Source: Sphaerodactylus townsendi
Taxonomy: Eukaryota
Direction of reading: 5' to 3'
Length of the DNA: 64,000 nt
NCBI RefSeq assembly: GCF_021028975.2
Contig: NC_059428.1
Coordinates: 102,300,001-102,364,000, forward strand
Shown: positions 25,476 to 38,396 of the stretch, one piece after another
How positions within the stretch are numbered: position 1 is the first letter of the stretch
How the letters are laid out: the number at the start of each line of letters is the position of its first letter
Made by a program: the position numbers and the translations under genes
The notes under the pieces: model-generated
What the model was told of the DNA's origin: nothing
The model's input: only the letters and a program-made list of their open reading frames with translations
The model's database searches: none

Positions 25476-25774
25476 GACAGCGTGATGTACTGGTTAAGAG
25501 CAGTGGACTCTAATCTGAAAAACCACATTTGATTCCTCACTCCTCCACATGAGTGGCAAATTTTAATCTGGTGAATTGGATTGGTTTCCCTGCTCCGACA
25601 CATGAAACCTGCTGGGTAACCTTGGACTAGCTAGTCACAGTTCTTCAGAACTCTCTCAGCCTACCTCACAAGGTGTCTGTTGTGGGGGGGGGGGGAAGGG
25701 AAGGAGTTTGTAAACTACTTCAACACTCCTTACAGGTGAGAAAAGTGGGGTATAAATCCAAATGCTTCTTCTTC
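25476..25774 (+). mobile_element. Squam3-like SINE
   Basis: Head ggttaagagcagtggactctaatctg, body, (CTT)n tail. Confidence 0.85.
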
Positions 25775-25799
25775 AATGGGGACTCTCCTGAAATAAGTG

Positions 25800-25997
25800 G
25801 TTCAACGGAAGATCCCAGGCATGCAGAAGATCCCAGGTTCAAACTTCAACATCTCCAGGTTAAAAGATCAAGTAGTAGGTAATGTGAAAAACCTCTGCTG
25901 GATACTCTCAACAGCTTCTGCCAGTCTGGGTTGACAGTACTGAGGCAGATGGGCCAGTGGTCTCGTTCAGTATATGACAACTTCACGTGTGTTCATG
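25800..25997 (+). mobile_element. Squam2-like tRNA SINE
   Basis: gcatgcagaagatcccaggttcaaac B-box region; ends cttcacgtgtgttcat. Confidence 0.7.
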
Positions 25998-26027
25998 GGG
26001 AATGCCAAGAACCTGCTGCTCAGCCGT

Positions 26028-26706
26028 TGTCAAATCTGAGACCACCTGAGTTGTCCTACTGAACCCTGTCTTTGGACCTAACATGGTCATATCTGGACTT
26101 CATGCTCACCTGTCTAAACTCAGCCAAAATTCAAACTCACTAATAGGAAACAGGAACCTGCTCCCTTGATCCAAACCCCTTGTAGAGCCTAAACTCTGCA
26201 CAGAACTGTGACAACAAAATAATTTCCCATTGAACTTCAGCTCCTTAAGATCCTATAAAAGGGGCATCTCAAGCACCTCCAATTTTGTAGCTTACAGATA
26301 TTTTTCTGCTGAAATTACTGGATTCCACACACCTACCTTCTTTCCTTGAGGGATCCACATCTCTTTGTAGCTGGATATGTACCTGAGCTTAGTTATCCAA
26401 CTTTGCAATTGGTTTGCTGAATCACTGAACCCCTTCTTATGCTCAAGGATCTCAGTCCTTCATTGGGAGTTCCAGCTTCAGATTTAGTTCTGGTTTCAGG
26501 TTTTACTTCTCCAGCACCAGACCACAGAGCACCATGCTCTTCCCTTCGTGACCAGCAACAAAGTTTTCAATTAAACTGGCCACATTGTGCCTAACTGATA
26601 ATATATTTGTCCTTTGGTTATAATGGCCTGGTTAACCTAGCTAAATTCACTGAATGCAAAGAAATTCTATTTTTCCAAAAACGCTATTCTCTAGCTTTGG
26701 CAGACA
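26028..26706 (+). mobile_element. Possible solo LTR remnant
   Basis: TGTC...GACA ends, TATAAAA near 26254, ATTAAA near 26570; no TSD found. Confidence 0.3.
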
Positions 26707-27069
26707 CTGGTTTGCACACACTTGGATTCTGATAATTTGCAGTGGACAGGTGAAACAAGGGTATTATCTTCAAAGCCAACAAAAGAGGCCTGTTGAATTT
26801 GATACCTCACATAACCCTACAAAGCCAGACTGTAGCCTTTGAACCTCATCTCTCACTCTGAAAGTGAAGTAAAAGGAGCAGCTGGTAGGTTTTAATCAAT
26901 ACTTGTGCTTGAGATGGACTTACTTCATACTCTGAGCAAGATAAACAGGTGTTTGTCAAAAGCCTATTACAGATTAATAGTGTGGGGGTGACCACTAAAC
27001 ACCCGGTCTTGTCATTAACTAACTTCACTTGTAATTCATTACCAGACATGCAGTAAAAACACTTTGTAA

Positions 27070-27264
27070 AGAAGGCTGGATTTGTTTCCCTGCTCCTATA
27101 TATGAAGTTTGCTGGGTGACCAGTTCTCTCAGAACTCTCTCAGTCCCACCTACCTCACAAGATGTCTGTTGTGGGGAAGGGAAGGAGTTTATCAGCCATT
27201 TTGAGACTACTTACAGGAGAGAAAGGTGGGGTATTAATCCAAACTCCTTTTCCTTTTCTTCTTC
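27070..27264 (+). mobile_element. Squam3-like SINE, 5' truncated
   Basis: Body and tail similar to 25476-25774. Confidence 0.8.
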
Positions 27265-27397
27265 TAGGAAGATATTAGGGTATCATTTCTTTCAACATGC
27301 AAAACACAGCCAAAATACTTTTTTAGATTGCACAAAAATTACTCTGGGGGGTAATTTTTGCTCCACTAGGGGGTTGCATAGGCAAATACCCCTAGAG

Positions 27398-27582
27398 CAG
27401 TGGTTCTCAACCTTCTTAATGCCGCGACCCTTTAATACAGTTCCTCATGTTGTGGTGACCCCCAACCTTAAAATTGGTATATATAAAATATAAAAAGACC
27501 GTTTTCCGATGGTCTTAGGCGACCCCTGTGAAAGGGTTGTTCGACCCCCAAAGGGGTCCCGACGCCAGGTTGAGAACCACTG
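27398..27582 (-). mobile_element. SPIN/URR1-type non-autonomous hAT-Charlie MITE
   Basis: TIRs CAGTGGTTCTCAACC at both ends; internal gccgcgaccctttaatacagttcctcatgttgtggtgacccccaacc and ggtcttaggcgacccctgtgaaaggg match my recall of SPIN_NA/URR1; flanks CCTAGAG on both sides. Confidence 0.85.
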
Positions 27583-28594
27583 CCTAGAGGCTGTTTCAGG
27601 TCAGAAAAATGGCATGGTAGAAAGGCTCAAGCATCTGTTTCCCACACACAGTGCAGTCCTGATCCAAATCAGACCTCTGTGGTGCTTTAGAATTGAGTTC
27701 TCATGACATAGGGAAACTGCAGCTTCTGTCTGGCTCCAAGTCCTAATGGCAGTTAGAAGTAACATGTAGTTTGGTCCTTACACAACATTGCACCTTAAAA
27801 GTAGAAGTGAGAGCTAGAGTTGTTTTTTTTTTAATCTCTGTCACTGGTGGTTTCATCTGCACCAATTACTGTAAGTCTTTAAGGTAATTAAGTACTAAAG
27901 ACAAGGTAGGGTTATCAGCTGAGAAATGCACAAACAAGAGATTAGTTCTTAGCTGTTTACATAGGAGTGAATATTCATACCTGTGTTCTGTTAGACACAG
28001 TCAAAAATAGAGTTTAAAACCCCCCTGAAAATGGCAGCTTTTTACCATTAAGTTTGAAAGAGGCTGATGTACAAGAAACAAATAATGTATATTTCTGATT
28101 TGTGTGGTATTATTCTTTGTAGAACAGAACTTGGACTTAAAGATGTTTTGTTATCAGCAAAACAAATTTAAAAAGCACATGGGGAATGCGGCGTCCTAGA
28201 AAGAAAACAATTTTAACAAAAGGAACAGAAATAATGAAATATAGTCCAGTATCTTGTGTGTAAAGCAAATTGCACACCATTCAAAGATTTTTTTTACTTC
28301 AGAGCAGTGGTTAATAGATTGCAAATACTCATTTTGAAACCAAACATGAAAACAGCTGTAACCACACACATTTCATAGAAACTATAGAATATCAGATAAT
28401 GCATTTTTTCCCACAACAGCTCACGATGTTGGCAATAGTGGGATCATAACCAGACTTGCAATCTGAATAGTCCAACAAATGTATTCAGGATCATTTAACA
28501 CATTATTTGGCTTAAAAAACAACAACAAATAATACGACCAAGCTGGCACAATTTAAAAATAGATTGTGAATTTTTACTGCGAAACAGTTCTCAC

Positions 28595-28742
28595 CAGACC
28601 AGGTGCGGCGTGGGTGTCGCCCATGCCTCTTCGACAGAGATCGTAACGCTGCTGAGGAAGCATTGTGGAGAACGCTGATTACTCGGTGCAGGATCCGGTA
28701 ATGATTTTCTTGCCCCTCTCTTAAATATCCATGTTGTGACAT
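28595..28742 (-). CDS. Candidate N-terminal coding exon of unidentified host gene (49 codons plus phase-1 donor); exon may extend to an acceptor at 28841
   Basis: AAAATG start, open frame MSQHGYLREGQENHYRILHRVISVLHNASSAALRSLSKRHGRHPRRTWS, donor TG|GTGAGA at 28595/28594, local CpG enrichment, acceptor ttaactattcagtatctcccag|G at 28841. Confidence 0.45.
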
Positions 28743-29783
28743 TTTGTGTCTTTTTCACTTCCCCCCACCCTTGTAATGGCACTTCAAATCTACTTCAAGG
28801 TGCCACAGTATCATTGAAAAAGTATGCATGAAATTATAAACCTGGGAGATACTGAATAGTTAATTATATTCTTCTTCCATTACAATACAAAGGGACACTT
28901 GGAGGATCTGAAGCCAGTTCTTAAATTCATATGAAAGACGCAATGAATGACAAATTCTTGAACCTATAAAATAATTTCATCCTTGAGCATACAAGAGTAC
29001 CTTTTTTGATGCACAGATTACTTCACAGCTTCTCTTCAGCAGTAGTGAAAACTAGCTACATAGCTCACACACAAAGAGACAAAGCTAGAGGAAGAGGCAT
29101 AATATGAGAAGAGTTAAAACTCCTATTCCTCTTTGGAACCAGGTTTTAAGCAAGAACTCACAATCTCTGTTTGTTTCACTGAGGAAGTTTCATCCAATTT
29201 TTACAGGGTACCTTTCCAGAAAATATTTCCCATAACACTGAAGTTTTTCCTTCATCTTGAAATCCCTTCTACCATTCTTTTCACCCTTGTTATTGCAGAA
29301 CTCTCTTCTGTAAATGCCAAACACTGTCTTCCTCTTCCACTGTAGAATGGTATTTGGAGATCCTTCTCATAAGCACCACATATCAGTGATTACACAGGCA
29401 GAGGTCTAACACTGTCGGCCCCATCATCTACGCTTCCACCAGGAGATTGATACTTTCCAGGAGATAGCTGATTCCAACAAGGCAGAAGAAAAACTAATAA
29501 TATACTATATAAACACTAATAATATATTATATAAAAATGCTGAAAGAAATGAGGCAACCTTTCCATAGCAAGTACTATTGCATCCCTATCAAACAGAACA
29601 CTGCATCTGAGCTCCTCAGAGTCAGAATGACGGTCCCCAAAGCATTCAAAACAGAAATATCTAAGAAAATATCTCTAAGGAAATCCAAGCCTAAAATACA
29701 AGTTACAGCAGGAAGGAAGGGGAGGGGGGAGGTATGGATCATGGCTGTCTTAAACCATACCAGGAAGTTCTACACTGTCTGTT

Positions 29784-29913
29784 NNNNNNNNNNNNNNNNN
29801 NNNNNNNNNNNNNNNNNNNNNNNNNNNNNNNNNNNNNNNNNNNNNNNNNNNNNNNNNNNNNNNNNNNNNNNNNNNNNNNNNNNNNNNNNNNNNNNNNNNN
29901 NNNNNNNNNNNNN
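29784..29913. other. Assembly gap (N run)
   Basis: 130 N. Confidence 1.
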
Positions 29914-30899
29914 CTTGGCACTGACTATTCTCTAAGTGTGGATAACCAGAACTTTCCCACAACAGCACACCGGCTTTTGCAATCACGGTGCAGCAGGTTC
30001 TCCACTGATCTGGATTATACGATTACTCTAGTATGTATGAGACACAGGGATATTCGTACATCATGTTTGCCCTACCTGTGCAGCCATCACACTTTATAAT
30101 CTATTTGTGTCTTTCAAACTGCTACATGGAACGGCAGGAAAAACCATAATGTGTGCAGGAGACAACCTGCAGCTTACAGAGATACTTAACTGATAATATG
30201 AGCTTAATAACATATAATTTTATATGCTAAAAGATTAGCAGGAAGATACCAACATTTTTACAAAAGAGAAAATACCATGATTCACTTAACCAAAGAATCC
30301 TGTGATGCCACTGTCACTTTATAAACAATTTGGAAGAAGTGACACATCAGTTCCTGGGCTTCTGCATACATTTCTCCAGCTAAGGCTATAATGGTCATTT
30401 TGTAAAAAAAAATAAATCTTTATTAGATAGGACAGAAAAGAGATGTTACTTAAAGCTGCCTTGTTTACTCACAGTTCTGCTATCAACTACTGTTAAGAAA
30501 GATGCTCCAGTGTGCAGAGATTATAGTATGGCCAGGATTGGACAACACAAGTTCCACAGGTTCAGACAACCCTTTGCCAGTTTTCCTATTTATCTATATG
30601 ATTTTACCCCGCCCTTTCCCAACCAAGTCGGGCTCAGGGTGGTTCACCCATTTCAATTTTCATATAAAACAATTAAAAAACCCTTCAGATAAAAACCCCC
30701 AATGGCACCCTAACATATGCAAAATGTGACCATTGGCTACTCAGAGAAAAAAGGTAGGCGAATAAGAACAGCTGTCTCACGAATAAGGACTGATGGTAAC
30801 AGGGAACAGGAATTCAACAATAAATGAAAGGGAAAGAAAAGGGAAGAAAAGTAAAACAGGAAGGGAAAGGAGGCTAGCTAAATTAAAATCATTGCTGTG

Positions 30900-32000
30900 T
30901 TTTACAGGCCCTGTGGAATTACATTGGATCCTACAGGATCTGGGTCTCACTTGAAAGAGTTCCACGAGGCCAGAGCGGAAATGCCCTGGCTCTGCTCAAG
31001 GACAGATATGGTCTTTGGGCTGGGGACCACCCATAGCTTGTTTCCAGCTGAGCGAAGAGCTCTTTGAGGGGTATGTCTGGAGAAACTGTCCCACAGATAT
31101 GACAGTTCCAGACCATTTTGGACTTTAAAGGTTTAAAGCAAAACATTGAACCTGATTCAGTACTGAACCTGGAGCCAGTGCAGCTGGAAGAGCACTGGTT
31201 GAATATGTACTCTCCACAAAGTCCTTGTAAGGACCTGCATTCTGGACCAGCTAGAATTTCCGGAGCAGTTTCAAGGGTAGTCCTGCATAAAGAACGTCAC
31301 AGTAGCCAAACCTGCATGGAACACAGTGGCAAGGTTTAGGGCGAGACAGGTAGGGGACCAATTACAGAATCTGGCAATGGTGGGAAAACATCACCCTTGC
31401 TACATAGGTGACCTAGCCTCCATTGATAAGGAGGCATCTAAAGTCACTCCCAAACTCTTGATGGATGGTGCAGATGTTAATTGAACACTACTAAGAGGGG
31501 GAAACTGGCATCCTGGCCCAACCACAGGACATTGTATAGTCTGGGTATTTTTGGTTTCTCGATATAGCTGGAGTGGCATCTGGCCACTCGCCTATCAACA
31601 GATATAACTGAGTATCATCTACATTCTCATGGCAACCCAGCTGAAAACAGATTACGCGGGCAAGGGGGGTACATGTAGATGTTAAACAACATCAAGAAAA
31701 GGACTGCCACAGTGACATCCTCTCTCCTTGTGCTACCCTCTGTCCCCAACCTTGGAAAAATGAGGCTAGCTATTGCAAGGCTGTCCCACGTATACCAACA
31801 TTGGCAGTTCACCAATAGTTCATGATCGACCATGTCAAATTGAGTAAAAACAGCAGCACTGACCCTCCTTGATTCAACTATCTACGGAGATCATCTGTGA
31901 GAGCAACCAATGCTGTCTCTGGATTGAAACAGGTCCAGATCTGAAGTGTTGTTCAGGAAAGCCCAGAGATTGTCTGCTATTACTCTCTCAGCTCTCTTAC
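30900..32000 (-). mobile_element. Degraded L2 LINE (RT region to 3' part)
   Basis: Minus-strand remnants ETALVALTDDL, FDMVDHELL and VDDTQLYL (YADD motif) with many frameshifts. Confidence 0.75.
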
Positions 32001-32678
32001 CCACAGACAAAACATTTGACACTGGGGCCGTCTCCCCACTGACAATATAACACATGATACTCACGGCAAAAAACACAGTTTAAGGAAGGACTCCCCATCG
32101 CATAAATGCCGAACACATCTTCACCCGGGTTTTGATGTGCACTCTCCCCTTAATTGTGTTTTTTCAGAACCTGCATGTAAGTGCATCTTTTTAAAAAAAT
32201 ACGCCCCGAAGCTGGATCCGAGGGGAGGATCAAGGTTGGAATCTACATTTAATTTTCCAGCTGTTGAAAGTGACGCGGAGCCTTCCAGCCAATCAGAGCG
32301 TGGCGGGCTGTGCGTGATGAGCGTGCAGTCCTTTTTTGTGTGCTGGCAGGGACTATGTGGCATTGTTTAAATGTGGGCACGTCAAGCAGAAGCTGTTTAA
32401 ACGTGGGCACAAGGAACAGAAATTGTTGAAACGTGGGCACGCAGACTGTCAAAAAAGAAAATTGAACACTTGCACATGGCTTTTCCCCCTCCCTGGGTTT
32501 TTCTCCCCCCTCCTCCTCTTTTTCTTTTTTTGCTTTAATTCACTTGTCCAGGGCAGGGAAGAGCAGCCACTTTCCCCGAGGCTTGCAGAGACTTTTGCAA
32601 GGGAGGCTTCAGAGCCAGGAGTGCAAGAGAGGTTATGCAAACCAGCTAGGCGCAAATGTGTTTATAAAGGGATGGGGG

Positions 32679-32814
32679 CAGTGGTGGGATTCAGCAGGTT
32701 TGCACCACTTCAGCAGAACTGGCTGTTAAAATGGTGCTTGTAAACAACCACTTGTTAAATTATTTGAATCCCACCACCAGAACCGGTTGTTAAATTATTT
32801 GAATCCCACCACTG
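32679..32814. mobile_element. Short hAT-like MITE with duplicated right terminus
   Basis: TIR CAGTGGTGGGATTCA; TTGTTAAATTATTTGAATCCCACCAC occurs twice; no clear TSD. Confidence 0.75.
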
Positions 32815-32981
32815 GGTGACTGCAAGGACTCAAGTTGCTTTCCTAAAGGTAGGGAGGGAAAATGCAGGGTGGCCTCCTGCAAATCTGTGCGCTTCTTTCC
32901 TCCCCTGCCTGTGTTTTTTTAGAGGTGCACAATACAATGATCAGTACTGCCCATCCCACCACAATTGTAGTTCCCTCACAG

Positions 32982-33501
32982 CAGTGGTGGCGAACCTTTG
33001 GCATGGGTGCCAGAGGTGGCACTCAGAGCCCTCTCTGTGGGCACGCACAAATAGAGTTCATCATGTAGGGGGGGAATCACCCCTCCCCCCCACACATCTA
33101 GGCTGGCCTGGGCCGCTGGGCTCGATTATTAGAATTAACCCTAAGACCTAGTTTTGGGGAAGCAGTGTAACTGTTAAGCGCTGTTAAACCTCACTACTTT
33201 TCATGTGAAGAACTAAAGCACGATCCTTTACCCAAAGGTAAGCTTCGGTTTACGCGCCAGCAGTAGAGACTACAGAGTATAATATCATATGGGATGTGAT
33301 TCACCCGTTGGAAGAGTTGCACAGTTGCTTCAAAGCAAAGCCACCGACTACCACCATGTAATTCATGCCTTGGAGTCAACCATTTTTTCTAAACTAAAAC
33401 CTCAGTATTCAGGTTAAATTGCCGTGTTGGCACTTTGCAATAAATAAGTGGGTTTGGGTTGCAATTTGGACACTCGGTCTCGAAAAGGTTTGCCATCACT
33501 G
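32982..33501 (+). mobile_element. Non-autonomous hAT-Charlie element (CAGTGATGGCGAACCT TIR family)
   Basis: TIRs at both ends; TSD CCTCACAG/CCTTACAG; second copy at 63880-64000. Confidence 0.85.
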
Positions 33502-34752
33502 CCTTACAGGCTTTGAAGTGCTGCTGCGCCCGCCTAGGTCATCAGCGCCACCGCCACCACCGCAGGTCCTCCTGGCACAGGCAGGCAGGCAAGGAAAGGG
33601 TACAAACAGATGCAGGTTTTGCAAAAGCAAGGGAGGGTGGGAAAATGCGCAGAGGCTGCCTCCAGTGTCCCTTGCCTGCCCTCTGCCTACTTCCAGTTTT
33701 AAGGCTCTGCAACGATCCCTCCCTTCCCACCCCCCTTGGATGTCAATTCAGTCCGTCACTTGGGAGAGCCTGTGAATCCCCACAAGAGGCTCTCCACACA
33801 CCACACTCACATGTACCATCCGATGCTAGAAAAATATACGGAAATCTGTCCTGGGATTGGGGAATGTTGGGGAATTCGGACGCAGCCGGTTTTTTTTTTT
33901 TAAACGTGGGCACGACAAGCAGAAGCTGTTTAAACGTGGGCACAAGGAGCAGAAATTGTTCAAACGTGGACATGAGGAGCAAATCAAAAGAAAGCAGCGT
34001 AGGCGGGGAGATTGTGCATATGCACCTATGTGCTTACATAGGTATGTATTCTCGCACCAAAAAAGTTCCCGCCCCAACACAACATGACAGCCAATCAGAA
34101 TAGATCTGCCAAGCTGATCGTGTGTGCATGTGGATTGTCACATTGTTTGAATCCATGATAGACATCGATGTCTTCACTAGAAACATGCTGCGGTGGGGAG
34201 GGAGGGAGAAACCTCGATGAAAAGGTTCTGTTTCTTTGGAATCCTGGTTGTATCCGTCTTTAATTCTCAGTGGAGATTGGGCCTGGGAGGTAGCTGGATG
34301 GATAACAAGATACAAACAGGGCTTCTTTATGAAATAACTTTTACCATTTCCCCTTTCAACCCCCCTGGGAACACTCCTGAACTTAGGGACAGATTGATAA
34401 GGTCCCCATATCCCATCCCCACTAGCTTTCACTAGCTACAATGGGCCCAAGTAGAACATTTTTGTTTAATGTTTCACATCCCTATTCTGCACAGACTCAT
34501 TGTATTTTTGAAATATATGGTTTGAAAAACTTACCTCTGAACTGTCAGTTTAATACCGCCTGATAATCTCAACCACATCATAGTGGAAAATAGCAAAGGA
34601 CAGAAAAAACCCAGCATGCATTTAGAAATTAAGGAGTTAACTTGAGTGGTAAGAAAACCAACTGATACAACTAAGCTTTGACTAGGACATGGATTCAGTT
34701 CTGGCTTTTATGTAAGATGCCTGATTAATCCATTTGTCTCCCTCCTGGAAGG

Positions 34753-34873
34753 ACATAAGAAAGAACCTGCTGGATCAGACCAGAGTCCAGCACTCTGCTA
34801 CTTGCAGTGGCCTTTGGGAGCTCACATGCAGGATGTGAAAGCAATGGCCTTCTGCTGCTGTTGCTTCAGAGCA
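34753..34873 (-). mobile_element. CR1 3'UTR fragment
   Basis: Matches 36950-37095 (ggatcagaccagag...gggagctcacatgcaggatgtg). Confidence 0.8.
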
Positions 34874-36945
34874 GCCGAGTGGGAATATCACATTGCAATA
34901 TTAGACTGGCTCTTTGGGATAGAAAATACAAATAGATCATAGCACTGTTGCTTCTGCTCACTGCACAATATCCACAGAATTACACATAAGCTTAGTCCCT
35001 GCAACTTTGTTGTGTTGTTATCTGCAAAACATTACTGGTGAAAACACTCCTTCTATACCAGAAACACTACTTCATATTTGTCCAATTCCAGAAAATAGAT
35101 GAAGACCATAAAAGTGAAAATCACAGAAAATAAAAGGTACAGGTTCACTACAGAATTCATTATAGTTTGCACAACTGGTCATTTTCAGGATATTTTGGGG
35201 AACAGTTCAATGGGATACAATTGGCAGTACATTTTATTCCATGCATTCAGAATTTCTAGTAGCATAGAAATGTATCACAACAATGATTGTGGCAGCTCAC
35301 AATCAGAAGGAAACAGATGGCATGATAACATCAGGAAAAAAGATCTAAATATTTTTCAGGCAGCTGATCAGTAATGTTCAAAATCATACGCACAAAGGAT
35401 TTCTTTTTTTGGTCTCTGCCTAGCAACCAGCAACAGGCTAATTAGCAGCTTAAAAAAACAGGGATATCCTATAGAGTTAATTGGAAATACAGAGTAAACT
35501 GCACCTGATCTTTTTCTGAAAGAGATAAATGCCCTAGGTACTTAAACCAATGGGGAATTTTAAGAAACATACTGTAGTGCAAATATTCCTTTCCATCTTC
35601 CCTCCAAAATGGTCACTTCCTTTCCACCTCCCCCCGAATTTTCTCTTTGCATGTCATTTGTGGAAGCTTGCCAGTTTATTTTTATTTTTTAAATATACAG
35701 TTTAATTTGCTGTAGGTAATTTAATGAATAGCGTTATCCAGAATTTTGTTTTTTCTGGTACTGAAAATCTGCAGAAGTCCATTCACAAAAATTTCCTCTG
35801 TAAAAATTATAGTCACACATCTGTTGAGAGATTCCACAGAAGAGGATAATGGACCAAGAATCCATTAGACCTTCTGGGGCCATAAGGCTACTTTTTGTGT
35901 GGTAAAAATGTGACACCCCTCCAGTAAAAATATCTGAGGAAATTAGACTTGTTTTAACTGAGCTGCAGAGTCAACCCACAGAAAGATGAAAGGAGGAACA
36001 TTTCCTAACATTATAAAAATGCAATAAGAATAACTCAAAAGTGCCTAGAATAAATCTGCAGCCTTAGCCTTGCATATATTTGCATTAATTTTTAGCAACA
36101 CAAAACTAGCTTCATTAGGAAGGCCAGATTTCAGCAAACTGTATTAGCTTAAGCAGTGGAAATCTATAGAGGTGTTGTGGCACCTAGAAGAGTAACTTGG
36201 GTGAGCTTTGGCTCATAAAAGCTAATAACAATAAAATTACTGGCCATTAAGATACCAGAACATAGTTATTTCAAGGATGGTACCATATTTCTCACCCTTA
36301 ACATTACAGAGACTATTGGGAAAGCCAAAGACTTTTATTTATCTCTCTCTCCTTGTCTGCATACACTGCTGTCCTGGCAGCCCACCCTCTGAGAGGAGTG
36401 GGGGAAAGGGAACCAGCCCAGCTGGACATTGGCCACCTTATGGGAAGTATGAAGGGGGTGAGGGGGAAGAAGTCCATATTGGCAGCTGGTAACTGCTCCA
36501 TTCTCCTCTCTAGCCAGTGAGAAGTGAGACACCCACCCGCCTTTCCTTTAATTCAGAGTATACACAAGCCGGTAATCCATTTGAGGGGCAAGTAAGAAGT
36601 CCCCCACTCTCGAAGATTGGCACCAAGTCAGGAAATCCATCACTTTAATGGTGCCCAAGTCACCAGCTTCCCAGGTGGTAGCAGTACAGGTAGATTTGTT
36701 TGAATGGCATGTAGTACAGTTTAGCTGAACACTTGGAGCCATTAGTTACAGCATGAAGGCGAACTCCTCAGACCTTCACAGATTTGGTACAAGAACCTCT
36801 TAAGGAATACCACTACCCTCAACCCACAGGCTCAGCAGCTGGAGGATAGGAAATGATGCATCTCTCTTGAACACCTTGAAAGCTGGGCAAGAAGGAAAGA
36901 AAGAAAATAATGGCTCTAGTCTTGGAACAAGGGAGGCTTCATCAG

Positions 36946-37899
36946 TAAGAACATAAGAACAAGCCAGCTGGATCAGACCAGAGCCCATCTAGTCCAGCTC
37001 TCTGCTACTCGCAGTGGCCCACCAGGTGCCATTGGGAGCTCACATGCAGGATGTGGCTCAGCTATGGCCTTCTCACGGCTTTTGCTCCCGAGCACCTGAA
37101 GCTGTTAAGGCATTTGCAATCTGAGATCAAGGAGGATCAAGATTGGTAGCCATCTCCTCCATAAATCTGTCCAAGCCCCTTTTAAAGCTATCCAGGTTAG
37201 TGGCCATCACCACCTCCTGTGGCAGCATATTCCAAACACCAATCACACCTTGCGTGAAGAAGTGTTTCCTTTTATTAGTCCTAATTCTTCCCCCCAGCAT
37301 TTTCAATGTATGCCCCCTGGTTCTAGTATTGTGAGAAAGAGAGAAAAATTTCTCTCTGTCAACATTTTCTACCCCATGCATAATTTTGTAGACTTCAATC
37401 ATATCCCCCCTCAGACGTCTCCTCTCCAAACTAAAAAGTCCCAAATGCTGCAGCCTCTCCTCATAAGAAAGGTGCTCTAGTCCCTCAATCATCCTCGTTG
37501 CCCTTCTCTGCACTTTTTCTATCTCTTCAATATCCTTTTTGAGATGTGGCGACCAGAACTGAACACAGTACTCCAAGTGTGGTCGCACCACTGCTTTATA
37601 TACGGGCATGACAATCTTTGCAGTTTTATTCTCAATTCCTTTCCTAATTATCCCCAGCATAGAGTTTGCCTTTTCACAGCTGCCATGCATTGAGTTGACA
37701 TTCCCATGGAACTATCAACTAAGATGCCCCAAATCCCTTTCCTGGTCTGTGACTGATAGCACTGACCCCTGTAGTGTGTATGTGAAGTTTGAATTTTTTG
37801 CCCCTATGTGCATCACTTTACATTTTGCTACATTGAACTGCATTTGCCATTTCTTAGCCCACTCACCTAATTTATCAAGCTCCGCTTGGAGCTCTTCGG
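36946..37899 (-). mobile_element. CR1 LINE, 5'-truncated, relatively young
   Basis: ORF 37127-37690 (KANSMLGIIRKGI...VRPHLEYCVQFWSPHLKKDI...RRLRGDMIEVYK) is the CR1 ORF2 C-terminus; 3'UTR and octamer tail (TTCTTATG)n. Confidence 0.95.
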
Positions 37900-38199
37900 A
37901 ATCAGGCCTGCACTTTCCTGCATGTCACCAATTGCATGAACTACAGCTCTGGTTTGAAAAGGTGCTTGGCCTGCTTGTGCTGCAGATCACCCTTTTGATT
38001 GAAGGAAATATTGAATGTTTCCATGCTACATCCAGGTCATCCCTTCTATCTAAGCATTGGACTATACAGGTTGGCTGGGCTCAGTTCACTCAAGATTTTA
38101 TATGGTCACAGTGAAATGTCTTCAGAGAATGGTTCAGTTCCACCTGGCCTTTGTTGTGATAACACAATAACTCACTAGAGAAACTAAATGTTTAAATAC

Positions 38200-38396
38200 A
38201 ATTGCCAACTCCAGTCTGGGATTTGGGGGTAATGTCTGTGGAAGGGAGAATGTGGGGAGGCATTACACTTATGATCAATAGTATACCATAGAGTTTGCTC
38301 TCGGAAGCTGCCATTTTCCCAGGAGAACTGATTTCTGTAGTCTGAAGGTCAGCTGCAATTTCAGAACTCCAGGCCCACCTGGAGGTTGGAAGCTCT
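38200..38396. mobile_element. TAGGGTTGCCA-type DNA MITE
   Basis: Reverse-orientation similarity to 3804-3920. Confidence 0.6.

Larger units (their letters stand above)
32150..34140. mobile_element. Composite DNA-element region with 29-bp tandem subrepeats, interrupted by two hAT MITEs
   Basis: AAACGTGGGCAC(A/G)...CAGAA units three times at 32365-32445 and three times at 33900-33980; shared agccaatcaga motifs. Confidence 0.55.

Noticed and set aside
28595-28742. Assignment to plectin 1a or another named multi-promoter gene
   Set aside because: Only the MSQH start is shared; no real similarity, so no gene symbol given
29537-30099. ORFs spanning the first N gap
   Set aside because: Length is inflated by Ns
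32365-33980. CRISPR-like array from 29-bp repeats
   Set aside because: Head-to-tail units without unique spacers, vertebrate context, no cas genes
33459-34432. Overlapping 118-214 aa ORFs
   Set aside because: They span TE termini and tandem subrepeats; no coherent protein
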